Source: Cetorhinus maximus
Taxonomy: Eukaryota
NCBI RefSeq assembly: GCF_964194155.1
Contig: NC_135903.1
Location: 33,976,001-34,040,000 of the forward strand
Direction of reading: 5' to 3'
DNA: 64,000 nt
The position numbers were made by a program, and so were the translations under genes. The first letter of the stretch is position 1. Every line of letters starts with the position of its first letter. Positions 50,791 through 64,000 of this stretch are shown one piece after another. The notes under the pieces are model-generated. The model was not told the origin of the DNA. It saw only the letters and a list, made by a program, of their open reading frames with translations, and ran no database searches.

Positions 50791-53616
50791 GAAAGAGATG
50801 TTTAGCATAGACTGGGAGCAAAGATTATTTATTTTAATGGCTTTTAACATAAAGTTATTTATATATATATTTGTAACAAATTTTATATTTTATTGTACTG
50901 ATGACAGAACAATGAGTGACATGATGGGATTATTTATTTTATTTATTTATTTATTTATTTATTGATATTTATTGCTATGACATTTTCCTCTGATATAATC
51001 CTATCCTTTAGTGGGTGGGGTGTCTGCTCTGGAATTTACTGGTAGGCTTTCAAGATATGGGTTTTCAGACCTATAAACCCTGGGCCGCACTGACCTTTCC
51101 ATTTCTCCTCTCCTAGGTGGCCAACTTTTCAATCTATTTCAGCCACTGTAATTTATTGATCTTTATTATTGTGATGTCTTCATGTAATGAAATGTTACAT
51201 GTTATTTAATGTGTAATGTGAATTTTTAATGATAGTTTATTTATTGATATTTATCAAGAGTTGGAGAAGAGCTAAATATTTTTGTAACTGGTAAATTTTA
51301 TACACAATGAAAGCCTTTGCTAAAATAAATTGTTTTCAATATTACGCATTGACTGGAATGATGTTCATTTTTCAATTCTGTCGGTTGGCTTTCCATACTC
51401 AGTATAAATGCTCTGGATTTTCCCACCTGCTGCCTCGTCCTGTCAGCCCTTCTCTGTTCTCCTCTCCTTTCTGCACAATCAGGTTTTCCCTCACCCGTTG
51501 GAACTGTGAACGTATTGTGAACCGAACTGCCCTGATTTATCATCTTTTACCCCTCTGCTTCTCAACGCCACATTCCAGCTCCAAAGGAGAGAGCACTGAG
51601 CGTGATGTTCAGGAGGCAAATGGAAAATAGAGGCATAAATTAGAAATGGCCAGATGGAGAAATGGAATGGGTGGACATAGAAGATGACTGAAGTGTCAGC
51701 CTGTGTGAATATATGTGGACATCAGACAATGGGGTTGAGAGTGACATCAGGAAATTAGTAGGAAGGAGAATGAGTGGAGAGTGGGGATGAAAATCTTTTA
51801 TTTCGCACGGTTGTTTACACCTACTGAAAATCTGTATGATAAATACTGTCTGCATTACATTAGAACAGAAGAAAAAAGGCCATCCAAGCCTGCTCCACCA
51901 TTCAATAAGATAACGACTGATTTGATCGTGGCCTTAAATCTACTCCCCTGCCTGCCACCTATAACCTTTGACTCCTTTGTTGATCAATCCCATCTAACTC
52001 AGACTTGAATATATTCAATAACACAACCTCCACTGTTCTCTGAGGTGGAGATTTAAAAGATTAATGACACTCGGGGCAAAAGAAATCCTCCTCATCGCCG
52101 TCTCACGTGCAGTTGCTGCATATTGAAACCTTGGCCCTAGTTACAGCCTCCCCAAGAGAGGAACCACCTCAACATCCACCCGGTCAAATCTCCTCACAAT
52201 CTTAAATGAGTTAATGACATCACCTCTCATTCTTCAAAACTCAAAGGAGTATAGGCTCAACCTGGTTAAGATTGTTTTATATACCAACTTCTCTTTCCAG
52301 GAATCAACCTGGTGAACCCTCTCTGAAGTGTCTCCAATGCAAGTTAATCCCTGCTTAAATAAGGAGACCAAAGCTGTACATAGTACTCCAGGCCTGGTCT
52401 CACAAATGGCCTGTAGAGTTGAAGCAAAACTTCCCTACTTGTATTCTTCATCCTCTTTGCAATAAAGGACAACATACCATTTACTTTTCCAATTCTTTGC
52501 TCGACCTGTTTGCTAAATTTTCATTGCTCATTTCTAAGGACACCCAGGTCCCTCTGCACTGATAGATTCTGTGTTCTTTCTCCATTTAAAAAACATTCTG
52601 ACATTCTGCTGGGCACAACAAAGGCTAACTTGTGTCCTACATTACCATAGTCACTTTATATCAAAAGTACTTTATAAGCTGCTGAGTGCTTTGAGACACC
52701 TGTGGTCAGGAAGGGCACAATGTGAATGCAAGCCTGTTTTGAAAAAAATATCATAGAGAAATCTGGACCGACACACAAAACTGCCCTCACTCCAGGGTGA
52801 ATTTATCAGCAGTGCAGTTGTTTACAGGCCTTCCAAAGGGCCCCAAAAAATAAACCGGATGATTTGGGTTTGAGCACAGCAACAGACATGTGTTAAAGGT
52901 TTGCAAAGCAACTTTATTAATTTACAAAGACAATAAATATTGCATTCCAATTCCAAAAAAGTGGGGATGAACCAACCTAATTTCCATCACCATTAATTTC
53001 TACAAAACAGCAAAGGTTGCTTCCCATTCAAGGGACAAGCATACTGACTTGGAACTATTTACCATTTCTTCACTGTTACTGGCTAACACTCCTGGAAAAC
53101 CCATCCCAACACCTCTGTAAATTCACCTACACCACATGAACGGCAGCAGTTCAGGGGTTAAAGGGGGCGGTTAATCGCCACCTTCTGTCGGGTAATTAGG
53201 GAGGAGCAACAAATTCTGGCCTTTCCAGAGACGCCCACGTTCCATCAAGGAAGAAATGAAGCCAAATTATGCAAAAGTAGCTGTGAATGGGCCGCAGATT
53301 TTTGTAAGGTAAAAATGCACACGCTCCCGTAGGTCCTTCCTATTTCCTCTAATGTCACTCGCCAGTGTTTTTAATATTCTTCCTTCAGTTCCCTGACTCT
53401 CCTTCCGCCTCCGCCTTCAATAATTACAATTCCCACTGTTCTATTCGCCAATAACAGCATTGTTGTAAATTGTAGTTTCTCTCCAGTCTCCAGTTGGGGA
53501 ATGTGGGATTCCGCTCCCACATCCACCCGGACGGTAGATTTTGGTTACACTTCCAGCTGAGAGGGATTTGGTGACATTTCCTATGTACCCGGACATTTAC
53601 CGAATACCCTAAAGCT

Positions 53617-54666
53617 TTTCCCAACAGCCCCTCACCCCTCTCAGTCTGATTCACCCTCTTTACAAACCCTCCTCCCTTTCGGAAATGACAAAACACATCA
53701 CTTTCCTTCAGGCACTTCCACTTTTGGCTGAAATTGACACCAGGTTAATTTGCAGAGAGAAAGTGACACGGACACTTTCCCGGGAGAGAGACAAGAAAGA
53801 AAGGATGAAAGAAAAGAGAGCGGGATCACTTTCGGACTCAGAATCGGAGCAGATCAAATATTCTTTCAATCCGACTCTGAAAATGGCTCCAGAAAACAAC
53901 CGAGAAATGAGAAACTTCTCCCAGTTAAAGAGCAGATTGTGGGACAGGTCACTCGGAGCGGAGTCTGTCTCCATGAAGCGGTGTCCCTGGGCTGTGAGCC
54001 GAGCTCTCTGCAATGTCCAACCTGTGAAGTGTGAACAGGACAAGCGCCAGGTGAACACACCGCGGGGACACAGTGGATTTCAAAGGGAATCGCTCTTCAT
54101 GGGGCCCAATGTCAGCACTAAAAGCCGCCGCACCGGATCACCGCTGTCGCTCTCTCTATAATCCGGATGATAAAATCCAGCCCCCGATACATGTTCACAC
54201 TGCCCCCAATTCAGAGCCTCCCTCTACACCACCTTCGTGCCCCAGGTGAGCTGAAGCCACACAACACTGAGCTGGAACCGAGCGCTGCCTGTGATTTTCA
54301 ACCGGGGATTTTCCACTCGCTGCTTCCGGAATCTCCAGCTTTTACATTCCTGACCTCAGAAAGGAAACCGGACAAACTATTGATCTCCCGCAGCTCTTCC
54401 AAAAATCCTCGAGCCCGTTTTCACTTTTCGAATGTAATTCCACACGTTAAAGCCGACAGCATGGCAGCGCCAGTGAGAGCACCGAGCAGACTCCACACTC
54501 ACACTCACACCGTTCGGCAGCACAGGCGCTCGCTCCCGGATCACAAGCGGCTCCGATTCGACTTTCCCAGTTTAAATCCGCTCGCAAGAACCGTTTTCGC
54601 CGCGGAACCACGAAGCCGCCGGTTTCTCATCTTTCACATCGGTGTTTCACTCTGGGTCGCTTGATC
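53617..54666 (+). promoter_or_regulatory. IFN promoter type A, copy 8
   Basis: Near-identical to copy 1. Confidence 0.7.
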
Positions 54667-54798
54667 ATGGCTTTGGCGAGTATCTGGAGATTTTGGATGA
54701 TGTTGCTCTTCTTGTCCGGGACCCTCAGTCTGGGATGTGACAGGCTGCAGCTACAGCAAGTTCTCAACACAGAGACTCTCAGCAAACTGAATGCAATG
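54667..54798 (+). CDS. IFN: Upstream alternative IFN exon 1a of copy 8
   Basis: Intact 44 codons (MALASIWRFWMMLL...LNAM) with a GTGAGT donor, followed by CR1 sequence. Confidence 0.7.
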
Positions 54799-56912
54799 GT
54801 GAGTTGAACCCAAAACACCGAGTCGGTAATTATGTTGAGGGGAGAGAGGGAATCAGCCTCCAGGAGAGATTAAATCTGAGTCTGGGCGAAGGTACAAATG
54901 GGATCTGAGAGGAAATTGGAAAGCAGACATTGAGGAGGAGAGCACTCAGTGACGGAAGAAGCGGAATGTGACCCTGAAAGGGGAGAGGGGGCAAATCAGA
55001 GGCAGCCCATCAGTAACAACCATTCAGAATGATAGAGCGACTTTAAGGTCTCAAGGTGCCTCACGGGAATGTTATACAGCAACATTTGTTGTGGTGGTCA
55101 CAGCAAGATTTCAAACTTTTCAGATGATATGAAGTTGGAAATGTTGCCGACTGTGACGGGGATGGTGTTGAAGTTAAAAAGGACATAGACATGTTGGTGG
55201 ACTGGGCAGACAAGTGGCAGATGTAGTTCAATGCAGAGAACTGTGAGGTGATCCGTTTTGGCAGGAAAGGTAAGGAGGGACGGTATAAATTAAAGGGAGT
55301 GACTGTACAGTAGGTACTGGAACAGAGGAACTTCGGTGTATATACGGATTGGTCAATGAAAATGGCATGGCATGTTGAGAGAGCTGTTAAAAAGCATATA
55401 GTAGCTTAGGCTTTATTAATAAGGGCATTGAGTGCTAGAGAAAAGAGGTCATGTCGAACTTGTATGAGACTCTAGTTAGGCGTCATTTGGAGTACTGTGT
55501 CCAGTTCTTCGCACCATTCTTGAGGAAGGATGTGAAGGCATTGGTGAGAGTACAGTGGAGATTCACAAGAATGATTCCCTGGATAATAAACTGTAGCTAT
55601 GCGGGTGGATTGGAGAGTTTGGCACTGTTTTCCTTGGAGAAGAGATGGTGGAGATGACACTTGATTGAGGGACTCAAGTCGCTGGGGGGTATGGACAGGG
55701 TAAGTAATGAGAAACTGTTTCCACTAAAGCGAACATCAATAGTTAGAGGGCACAGGTTCAAAATAGTTGGCAAAAGGAGTAAATGTGATGTGAGGAAAAG
55801 TATTTGAACCCAGAAGGTGGTTGGAGTCTGGGGCAAACTTCCTGAAAGTGTATTGGGGGCAGGTTCGATCGAGGCATTGAACAGGGAATTGGATTTCTTC
55901 CTGAAAAGAGAGAGAATGTGCAAGGTTACAAGGATAAGGCAGGGGAGCGCAACTATGTTGAATGCTCTTTCAGAGAAGCAGTGCAGACTCGATGGGCCAA
56001 ATGGCCTTCTTCTGCAATGTAAAGACATTGTGACACTGTGGACAATTGATGCCAAGTCACAGGAGAAGATATTAAAGCAGGTGACTAAAAGCTTGGTCAA
56101 AGAAGTTGATTTTAAGGAGCGTTTTAATGGCGAAATAGGGGGAAAGAGTCGGAGAGATTTAGGTCAGAAATTACTGAGGTTGAGAGTTCGGCAGGCGAAG
56201 GGACCGCCCCCAATGGTGGAATAGTTAAAGTGGGGATTGTGGAGACGGTAGAATTAGAGGAGAGCTGGTATCTCAGAAGGTTGAAAGGCTGGAGGTGATT
56301 ACAGAGATAGGGAGTGTTTAGGGCCTGGAGTGATTTGAAAATGAGGATGAGGATTTTAAAGTCAAGCATTTCTTATCCAGGAGACTGACGCTGTGTTTTG
56401 TTTGATCTCCCCGAGGGGCGGCATGTTGATGAGAAATAGAAAGGGACCAAAGATAGGTCCTTGGGCACACAGAGGCTAAAGGTTGGGGCTGGGTGGGTGA
56501 TGGTGGAGAAGAGATGCTATTCTGGGGGTTTACAGTCTGCATTTAGACAGTGGGAGCCAGGCAGTGTATCCCCAACCAGCAGGCCCATGGTGGAGAAAGT
56601 TCAATTCTGATGGTCTCGTCGACCATGTCAAAGATTGCGGACAGGGCGAGAAGGAGGAGAATAGTTTACATATGTCACGGGCATATTGAATGTAATTTAT
56701 TAATTTGACTATCACCTTATGGAGATCTTGTGATGCAATGGGTCGAACCTGCTTTCAGGCAGAGAACTCAAGAACACGAACAGCCTTATAATCTAACAAT
56801 CTAACCAAAGGCCCCTTTATTGCCCCCTTAATGCGAATCCGTTCAATTTGGAGGAAACATTATATTTTTCCCAAAGCGTTATGAATTATATTGATCCAAA
56901 TTGTTGGAACGT

Positions 56913-57312
56913 TGACCAGGAACCGAGCGCGGGTTGTGATTTCCTCTCGGCATCTTCCAGTCACTGGTTCAGGAATCTCCAGATTTCAGATTCCTTACCT
57001 CAGACAGGGAGCAGACAAACTCGTCCTCTCCTGAAATTCTTCCAAATCTCCCGCAACCAGATTTCGCTTTTCGAATGTAATAGCAACATCGCCAGTGCCC
57101 CCTCTTCACAACGACAGCTCCTCCCAGCACAATTCGCACACACACACACACACAGGACTGGATGTTCAGGCGGTCGCTCCGGCTTCACAAGCAGCAGCTT
57201 TCCCACTCCCGGTGTTTCATTCGCTTCAGAAGAACCGTTGTTCGAAGTTGAACCCAGATCTGGTCAGTGCATGATCCTCAGGTCGGAGCGATTCACTCTG
57301 GGTCGCTTGATC
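56913..57312 (+). promoter_or_regulatory. IFN promoter type B, copy 8
   Basis: A more diverged paralog of 46933-47339. Confidence 0.55.
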
Positions 57313-60300
57313 ATGGCTTTGGCGAGTATCTGGAGATTTTGGATGGTGTTGCTCTCCTTGTCCGGGACCCTCATTCTGGGATGTGACAGGCTGCAGTTAC
57401 AGCAAGTTCTCAACACAGAGACTCTCAGAAAACTGAATGCAATGGTGAGTTGAACCTGCAGTCAGAGCAGGAGGTGAATCACATTGTGTCCGCTTGCTGT
57501 GAAATGTCACATCAGGGGAAATGTTTTGCGATTTGTCATTTTGTGCAATGAATTGTCTGTGATTCTCCAGTATTTGAGTTTTTGGGGCTGATTGTAACAG
57601 TGATTGTTTTCCCCTCTCAGGGCGGACCCTTTCCCCGACACTGTATAAGACAGAGACTCTCACTGAAAACCAAACCCTTGAACCTGGTGATACTCTCGAA
57701 GGAATTAGAGGTGAGTGAACACTCAGTTTATTTGATTCACACAGGGCTTTTATACAAAGTAAGATCAACAACCGGATCGGAAACTTCCACATCAGGAATT
57801 TGGAATAGAGTGATTTGTACCCATTGTGAATGTAGGTGCAGTCTCACTTATTGTATTTCACTCACTATCTCACTCATGAACTATATCACTCTCTCTAACC
57901 GCACTCACTACCCCCTTAACTCCAACTATCTCCCTCCCTGATATTATGTCCCTCCCTCGAACTACCTGTTCTGGGAACCACCGACTGAATCTCACATCTC
58001 CTTTTCCTGCAGGGCCTCTAGATTATTCCGTGCAGACCACTGCCTGCTGGGCCTGTTGTCAAAGGTGTTTCTCTGCTAAGCATTTCTACAGGGGATAGGT
58101 GGTGAGTCAGGTTCCAAAGGCTTCGAGTGTTCGCGACAACAAGGCCAGTCCCATCCTTTGCAACACCGGGGACAGGTTGAAAGTCAGCACTTGCAGTTTG
58201 CGTTCCAAGGGTCCACGCACAGCTTGATGCAGCCGGACACAAATGTAGTCATCAGGATGAGGGCGATGTTGAGTGCGTTTTGTCCTCTGATCATTGACTT
58301 CGTGAAAACTTCTCAACTTTTCTCAACCTAACACCCTATAATTATCTTACTGCCTCTAACCACCTCACTTCCTCTAATCATCTTATTCCCTTTAACAATT
58401 TGCCTCCTCGAAACATCTCCCTCCTGGGCTGCACTGATTGAATTTGGGGCATTAATCACGCAGGCAGGGTGATTCATAGAATCATAGAATGATCTTGTGC
58501 TGAAGGAGACCGATTGGGCCGAATGGCCTGTTTCTGTGCCACATTTCCTATCAACTGCCTCGTGGAAAAAATTAGGTTAGTAGGTACGCACTAACCAACA
58601 TTCATATATTGAAGAAAAATCACCTTTCCCAAACTTGATTGAGTTATGTGATAATGTAGCCGAGAGTGTTGATACGAATAGTGCGCTGAAACTTCTGATG
58701 ATGTCATCACACCTCTGCAGCTCTTTGAATGAATTATTCAAATTATTCCCGCTCTCATCCCCCATTACAATGCAAACTTTTCCTCCGACTATTTATCCAA
58801 TTCTCTCTTGAAAGTTATTAATGAATCAGCTTTTGCTATTTTGTCAATAAATCCATACGCACACTTTTAAAAGACTAATCATCACAAGATCCAGCGCACA
58901 ATCCTCATCAACACTCTCGGCTACATTATCACATAACTCAATCAAGTTTGGGAAAGATGATTTTTCTTGAATATACGAATGCTGGCTAGTTCGTACCTAC
59001 TAACATATTTTTTTCTAAGTGGCAGTTGATAGGAAATGTGGCACAGAAACAGTCCATTCGTCCCAATCGGTCCATGCCAGTGATTATGCTCCACTCGAGT
59101 CTCCTCACATTTACTCATCTAAATCTAGCATTGTAACCATTTATTTCCAGCACAGGAGGTTGAGGACACATTTGATAGATGTGCACAAGGTTATGACAGG
59201 TTTGAATAAACAAGACAGGAAAAAAATCTTCCTGTTACCTCGTGGTGCAGGGTCTAGGAGACACAGTTAGTGTCTCGCCCCTCTGCCACTTGTATTCAAC
59301 TAGCAGCAGGCAGGGGAGTCACCTAGTGGGAATTCCGAAGAGCAATCCCTGTCAGATTTGCTTCCTGGTTGCCATTAAGGGGTTGAGGGGATGGTGCCCT
59401 TCGTTCAACAGCAGTCAGTGCCTGGTCAAGTAACCCAGCACCAGGAAGATGTCGGGCTGTGGTGAAAGTCACAGGGATTTCCACCTACACCACCACAGCC
59501 CTCACCACCGCCCTCCACCCCCCACCCCCCGCCCCAACCCACCCACCCTGGTATCTTGCTCCTGGTAACCACTTAAGTGCCTAACTGGCACTGAATGCGG
59601 CTGGCCTACCATAAAGAAGGTGAAGCAAGGCTCTCCCTGCCTCTCCAGAGATTACTGTGTCTGAAAGTTTCCCATATCCCAAAATAGATTATCTGGCCTG
59701 TAGTTACTGGGTTTATCCCTCATCCATTTTTGAATGGGATGTAATTACTAGAAATCTTCTGCTCCCCTGCCATCATGTCCCTCATGTCTAAAGAGGACTG
59801 GAAGAATGAGGCCAGAAGCTCTGCTACCTCATTCCTTACTTCGCTCAGCAATCTCAGCTGTATTCCATCCAGACCAGGTGACTTTCCTACCCTGAGCGCT
59901 GCCAATATATTAAGTACCTCCTCTTCATCTCTTTTTATCCTACCCAATTTCTCTACTCGCTCCCCCTTCACTGTGACTTTTGAAGCATCTGCTTGTGAAG
60001 TGAAGACAAATTCCAAGAATTGGTTTAGTTCCTCAGCCATGGCCTTTGAATCCCACAAGAAGATTTCTATTTTGCTCACTAATCATCACAAACAAACATT
60101 TATTTACATGCTTATTAAAGGTTATTAGCTTCCCTCTTACGTGACCTGCTCATCAATTCTCATGCATTCTGTTTACTCCTCATTTCTTTTGGTAATTTTT
60201 CTCCATGTTGTCTGTATTCAGCTTGGATCCTCACTGTACTAAGAGCCTAATATTTAACATAAGGCTTCTTTTTCTGTTTTGTTTTAATCTCTACTTCTTT

Positions 60301-61431
60301 TGGCTATCGGGTCATTAACCTTTGGATGTCCTTCCCTTCTGCTGCATTGAAAGGAGTCCAGTGTGCAACCATAAGATCCCCACTTATAAAGAGCCTCAAT
60401 TGCTCCTTTTCTCTTGACTTAGTAGCCTTATGGAGGAGATGGTGGCTTAGTGGTACTTTCAATTGGTTTAATAAATCATAGCTCAGGATAATGCTCTGGG
60501 GACATGAGTTCAAACCCCACCATAGAGGTGGTGGGATTTTAATTCAATCAATAAATGTGGAATACAACACGAGCCTCAGTAATGTTGACCGTGTAATGAT
60601 CATTGATCATTGTAAAAGCCCTTCTGATTCACTGATGCCCTTTAAGAAAGGAAACCTGCTATCTATTCCTGGCCTGACTGACATGTCGCACTTGGCACAT
60701 GTTCGACTTTCCACTGTCCTTTGAAATATTAAGTTCAAGGGAAATTAGGGATTGGCATCAAATGCTGGCTTTGCCAATGATGCCCACATCCCATGAAAGA
60801 ATAAAGGAAAAAAGAATCTTTGATTCAAAAACACCTGAGCCAGATCCCCTTTAAACTCACTAAAATTAATCTTCTCTCTTTTAAACATTTTTAGCTTGAT
60901 TTGTCTTTTGTTCTTTAACATAATCTGTTCTAAAACGAAAGGAGAACATGTCCTCTCTAATGTCATTCTCTACATTTTACACAGGCACAGGACAGGATCC
61001 AGATTGTCCATCAAACCCTGCGTCGTATCAGCAAGATCTACAGCATGAACCTGGGTTCAGTTGCATGGGCCCGGGACGAGGTGGAGAATTTCCGGATTCT
61101 CCTGGATCGGCAGCTCAGCGAGCTGGAAGAATGTGTTAGGAAACCAGGATCAGAGCACAAGATGAGGAGAAACTTCGCCATTCACAATTACTTTAGGAAA
61201 CTGGAAAAGTTTCTCAAGCAGGAGGTGGGTCAATTGATAATTGACAGTGTGATTGCTGGCATGTAGTTCATTTCACCACATTGAAATCTGTTCATTCTCT
61301 AATCAATTTCCCTGAATGATTTTCTTTTTCAGAAATTCAGTGACTGTGCCTGGGAAATAATCCACACTGAGACCAGAGCCCGTTTACAACAGCTCCTTTT
61401 CATCATAGCACAAATCAGCAGAAGAAACTGA
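57313..61431 (+). CDS. IFN: Type I interferon, copy 8 (4 exons, 186 aa)
   Basis: Exons 57313-57444, 57621-57710, 60985-61224 and 61333-61431, with an open frame ending KFSDCAWEIIHTETRARLQQLLFIIAQISRRN*. Confidence 0.95.
58508..59073. repeat. Imperfect inverted repeat (arms about 195 bp) in intron 2 of copy 8
   Basis: 58508-58702 is the reverse complement of 58878-59073, e.g. aaacttgattgagttatgtgataatgtagccgagagtgttgat versus atcaacactctcggctacattatcacataactcaatcaagttt. Confidence 0.85.
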
Positions 61432-64000
61432 AAAATACATGTTTATTACAAACTGGGAGCAATGAATATTTATTTTAAAGACTTTCAATTTAAAGCTATT
61501 TCCATATATATTTGTAACAAATTTTATAGTTTATTGTACTGATCACAGAAGAATGAGTGACATGATGGGATTATTTATCTCATTTATTTATTTATTGATA
61601 TTTTTTGCTATGATATTTTCCCCTGATGTAATCCTAACACTTCCGTGGATGGGGTGTCTGCTCTGGAATTTACTGTCAGGCTTTCAAGATATGGGTTTTC
61701 AGACCTATAAACCCTGGGCCGCACTGACCTTTCCATTTCTCCTCTCCTAAGTGGCCAACTTTTCAATCTATTTCAGCCACTGTAATTTATTGATCTTTAT
61801 TGTTGTGATGTCTTCATGTAATGAAATGTTACATGTTATTTAATGTGTAATGTGAATTTTTAGTGATAATTTATTTATTGATATTTATTAAGAGTTGGCG
61901 AACAGGCAATGTTTTTGTAACTGGAAAATTTTATACACAATGAGAGCCTTTACTGCAAATAAATTATTTTCAATATTACGCATTAACTGAAATGATGTTC
62001 ATTTTTCAGTTGTGTCGATTGGTTTTCCATACTCAGCTCTGGGTTCTACTAACTGCTGCCTCTTCCGGTCAGTCCTTTCCTTTTCTCCTCTCCTTTCTCC
62101 ACAATCGGATTTTCCCTCACCCGTTGGAACTCTGAACCTATTGTGAACCGAACTGCCCTGATTTATCATCTTTTACGCCTCTGCTTCTCAACGCCACATT
62201 CCAGCTCCAAAGGAGAGAGGACTGAGCGTGATGTTCAGGACAGACAAGTGGAAAATGGAGGCATTAATTGGAAATGGACAGATGGAGAAATGGAATGGGT
62301 GGGATTAGAAGATGACTGGAGTGTCAGCATCTGTGAATATATGGGGACATCAGACAATGGGGTTGAGAGTGACATCAGTCATTGAGTAGGAAGGAGAATG
62401 AGTGGAGGGTGGGGATGAAAATCTCTTATTTCGCATGGTGGTTTACACATTCTGAAAATCTGTATGATAAACACTGTCTGCATTACATGAGAAGAGAAAA
62501 AAAAGGAGCTGGAGTTGGCCATTTGTCCCCTCAAGCCTGTTCCACCATTCAATAAGATTCCGACTGATTTGATTGTGGCCTTAAATCCACTTGTCTACCA
62601 GCCACTTATAACCTTTGACTCCTTTGTTGATCAAATTCTAACGCAGACTTGAATATATTCAATGACATGACCTCTACTGTTCTCTGGGGTGAAGAATTTC
62701 AAAGATTAATGACACTCGGTGCAAAAGAAATCCTCCTCATCTCCATCTCACATGCAGTTGCCGTGCTTTGAATCTGTGACCCCCAACCACCGTTCCTGAT
62801 TCCTCCAGAGAGGAAACACCTCAACATCTACCCGGTCAAATCTCCTCACAATCTTAAATGATTCAATGACATCACCTCTAATTCCTCTAAACTCGAAGGA
62901 GTATCGGCCCAACCTGGTCAAGATTGCTTCATTAACCAACTGCTCCTTCCAGGAATCAACCTGGTGAACCCTTTCTGAATTGCCTCCAATGCAAGTTAAT
63001 CCCTGTTTATTTAAGGAGTCCAAAGCTGTACATAGTACTCCAGGTCTGGTCTCACAAATGGCCTGTAGAGTTGAAGCAAAACTTCCCTACTTGTATTCTT
63101 CATCCTCTTTGCAATAAAGGACAACATACCATTTACCTTTCCAATTGCTTGCCTTACCAGCTAGCTAAATTTTCATTGCTCACTTACAATGACACCCAGA
63201 TCCCTTTACACTGCAAGGTTCTGCAGTGTTTTTCCATTTAAACAACATTCTGATTTTCTGTTCCGTGTTATACAATTTATAAAGTGAGTATTTAATGAAA
63301 ACTTATCCAATGATATTTAAACAAAGGCTAACTTTTATCCCACATGACAGCAGTCACTATACACCTAAAGTACTTTATAAGCTGTGGAGTGCTTTGAGAT
63401 GCCTGTAGACAGGAGGGGCACTATGTGAACGCAAGTCTGTTTTGAAAAGAAATCAGAGAGAAAGCTGGTTCCACACACAAAACTGACCACATCCCAGGGT
63501 GAATTAATAAGTAGTGCAATTGTTTCCAGGCCTTCCAAAGAGCCCCAAAGATAAACTTGGTCATTTGGGATTGAGGACTGTAACAGACATGTGTTAAAGG
63601 GTTTGCAATGCAGATTTTTTTAATTTACAAAGACAATAACTATTGCATTCCAATATAACCAGAAAATGGGCCTGTCTTCTTTTCAAGTAAGTTTCAGCAT
63701 TTGAAAAGTATGTTACACACAGCAGGTGGATTGATACTGTTGTTAAAATCCTGAAGTTTTGGAATGAACACATTTTCTGTGTACTAATAGAATTGCACCC
63801 TTTAACATGCTTAAATATGTAAATGAATATTTCAAGACAGTTTTACAAATTCCATTTTAAAATCTTGCCCAATTGTGCTGGTTCATGGTAGATGTCAGGT
63901 TTGGTGATTGGCGCATGCGTTTGAGTGGGAAGTCTAGGAAAAGAATCCCAGTTTTGCTGGGGGGATGGTGTGGGTGGGGGGTCAGACAGGGTGAAAAGTG

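Larger units (their letters stand above)
3400..63660 (+). repeat. Tandem segmental duplication array of about 4-10 kb IFN units
   Basis: Promoter, exons, introns, embedded TEs and spacers recur in the same order and orientation at high identity. Confidence 0.95.

Overview
Vertebrate genomic DNA, most likely from a shark or other elasmobranch (judged from CR1/L2 LINEs, tRNA-derived SINEs and a Penelope-like element). The six-frame ORF track misses the main content, which is a head-to-tail (+ strand) tandem array of intron-containing type I interferon genes. Each has 4 exons (132/90/240/99 nt) with all introns phase 0 and GT-AG, encoding a 186-aa precursor with a signal peptide, four cysteines and the CAWE motif. 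I reconstruct six spliceable full-length genes, two headless exon 3-4 cassettes (one with a stop codon) and one 3'-end remnant. The most unusual feature is that three gene bodies are preceded by two tandem promoter + exon 1 modules (an IRF/NF-kB-rich promoter A and a diverged promoter B), consistent with alternative first-exon use. In one copy the downstream exon 1 was destroyed by a locally templated, two-step inverted insertion that also rebuilt the exon 2 acceptor. All gene models were made by eye, and there is no expression evidence.
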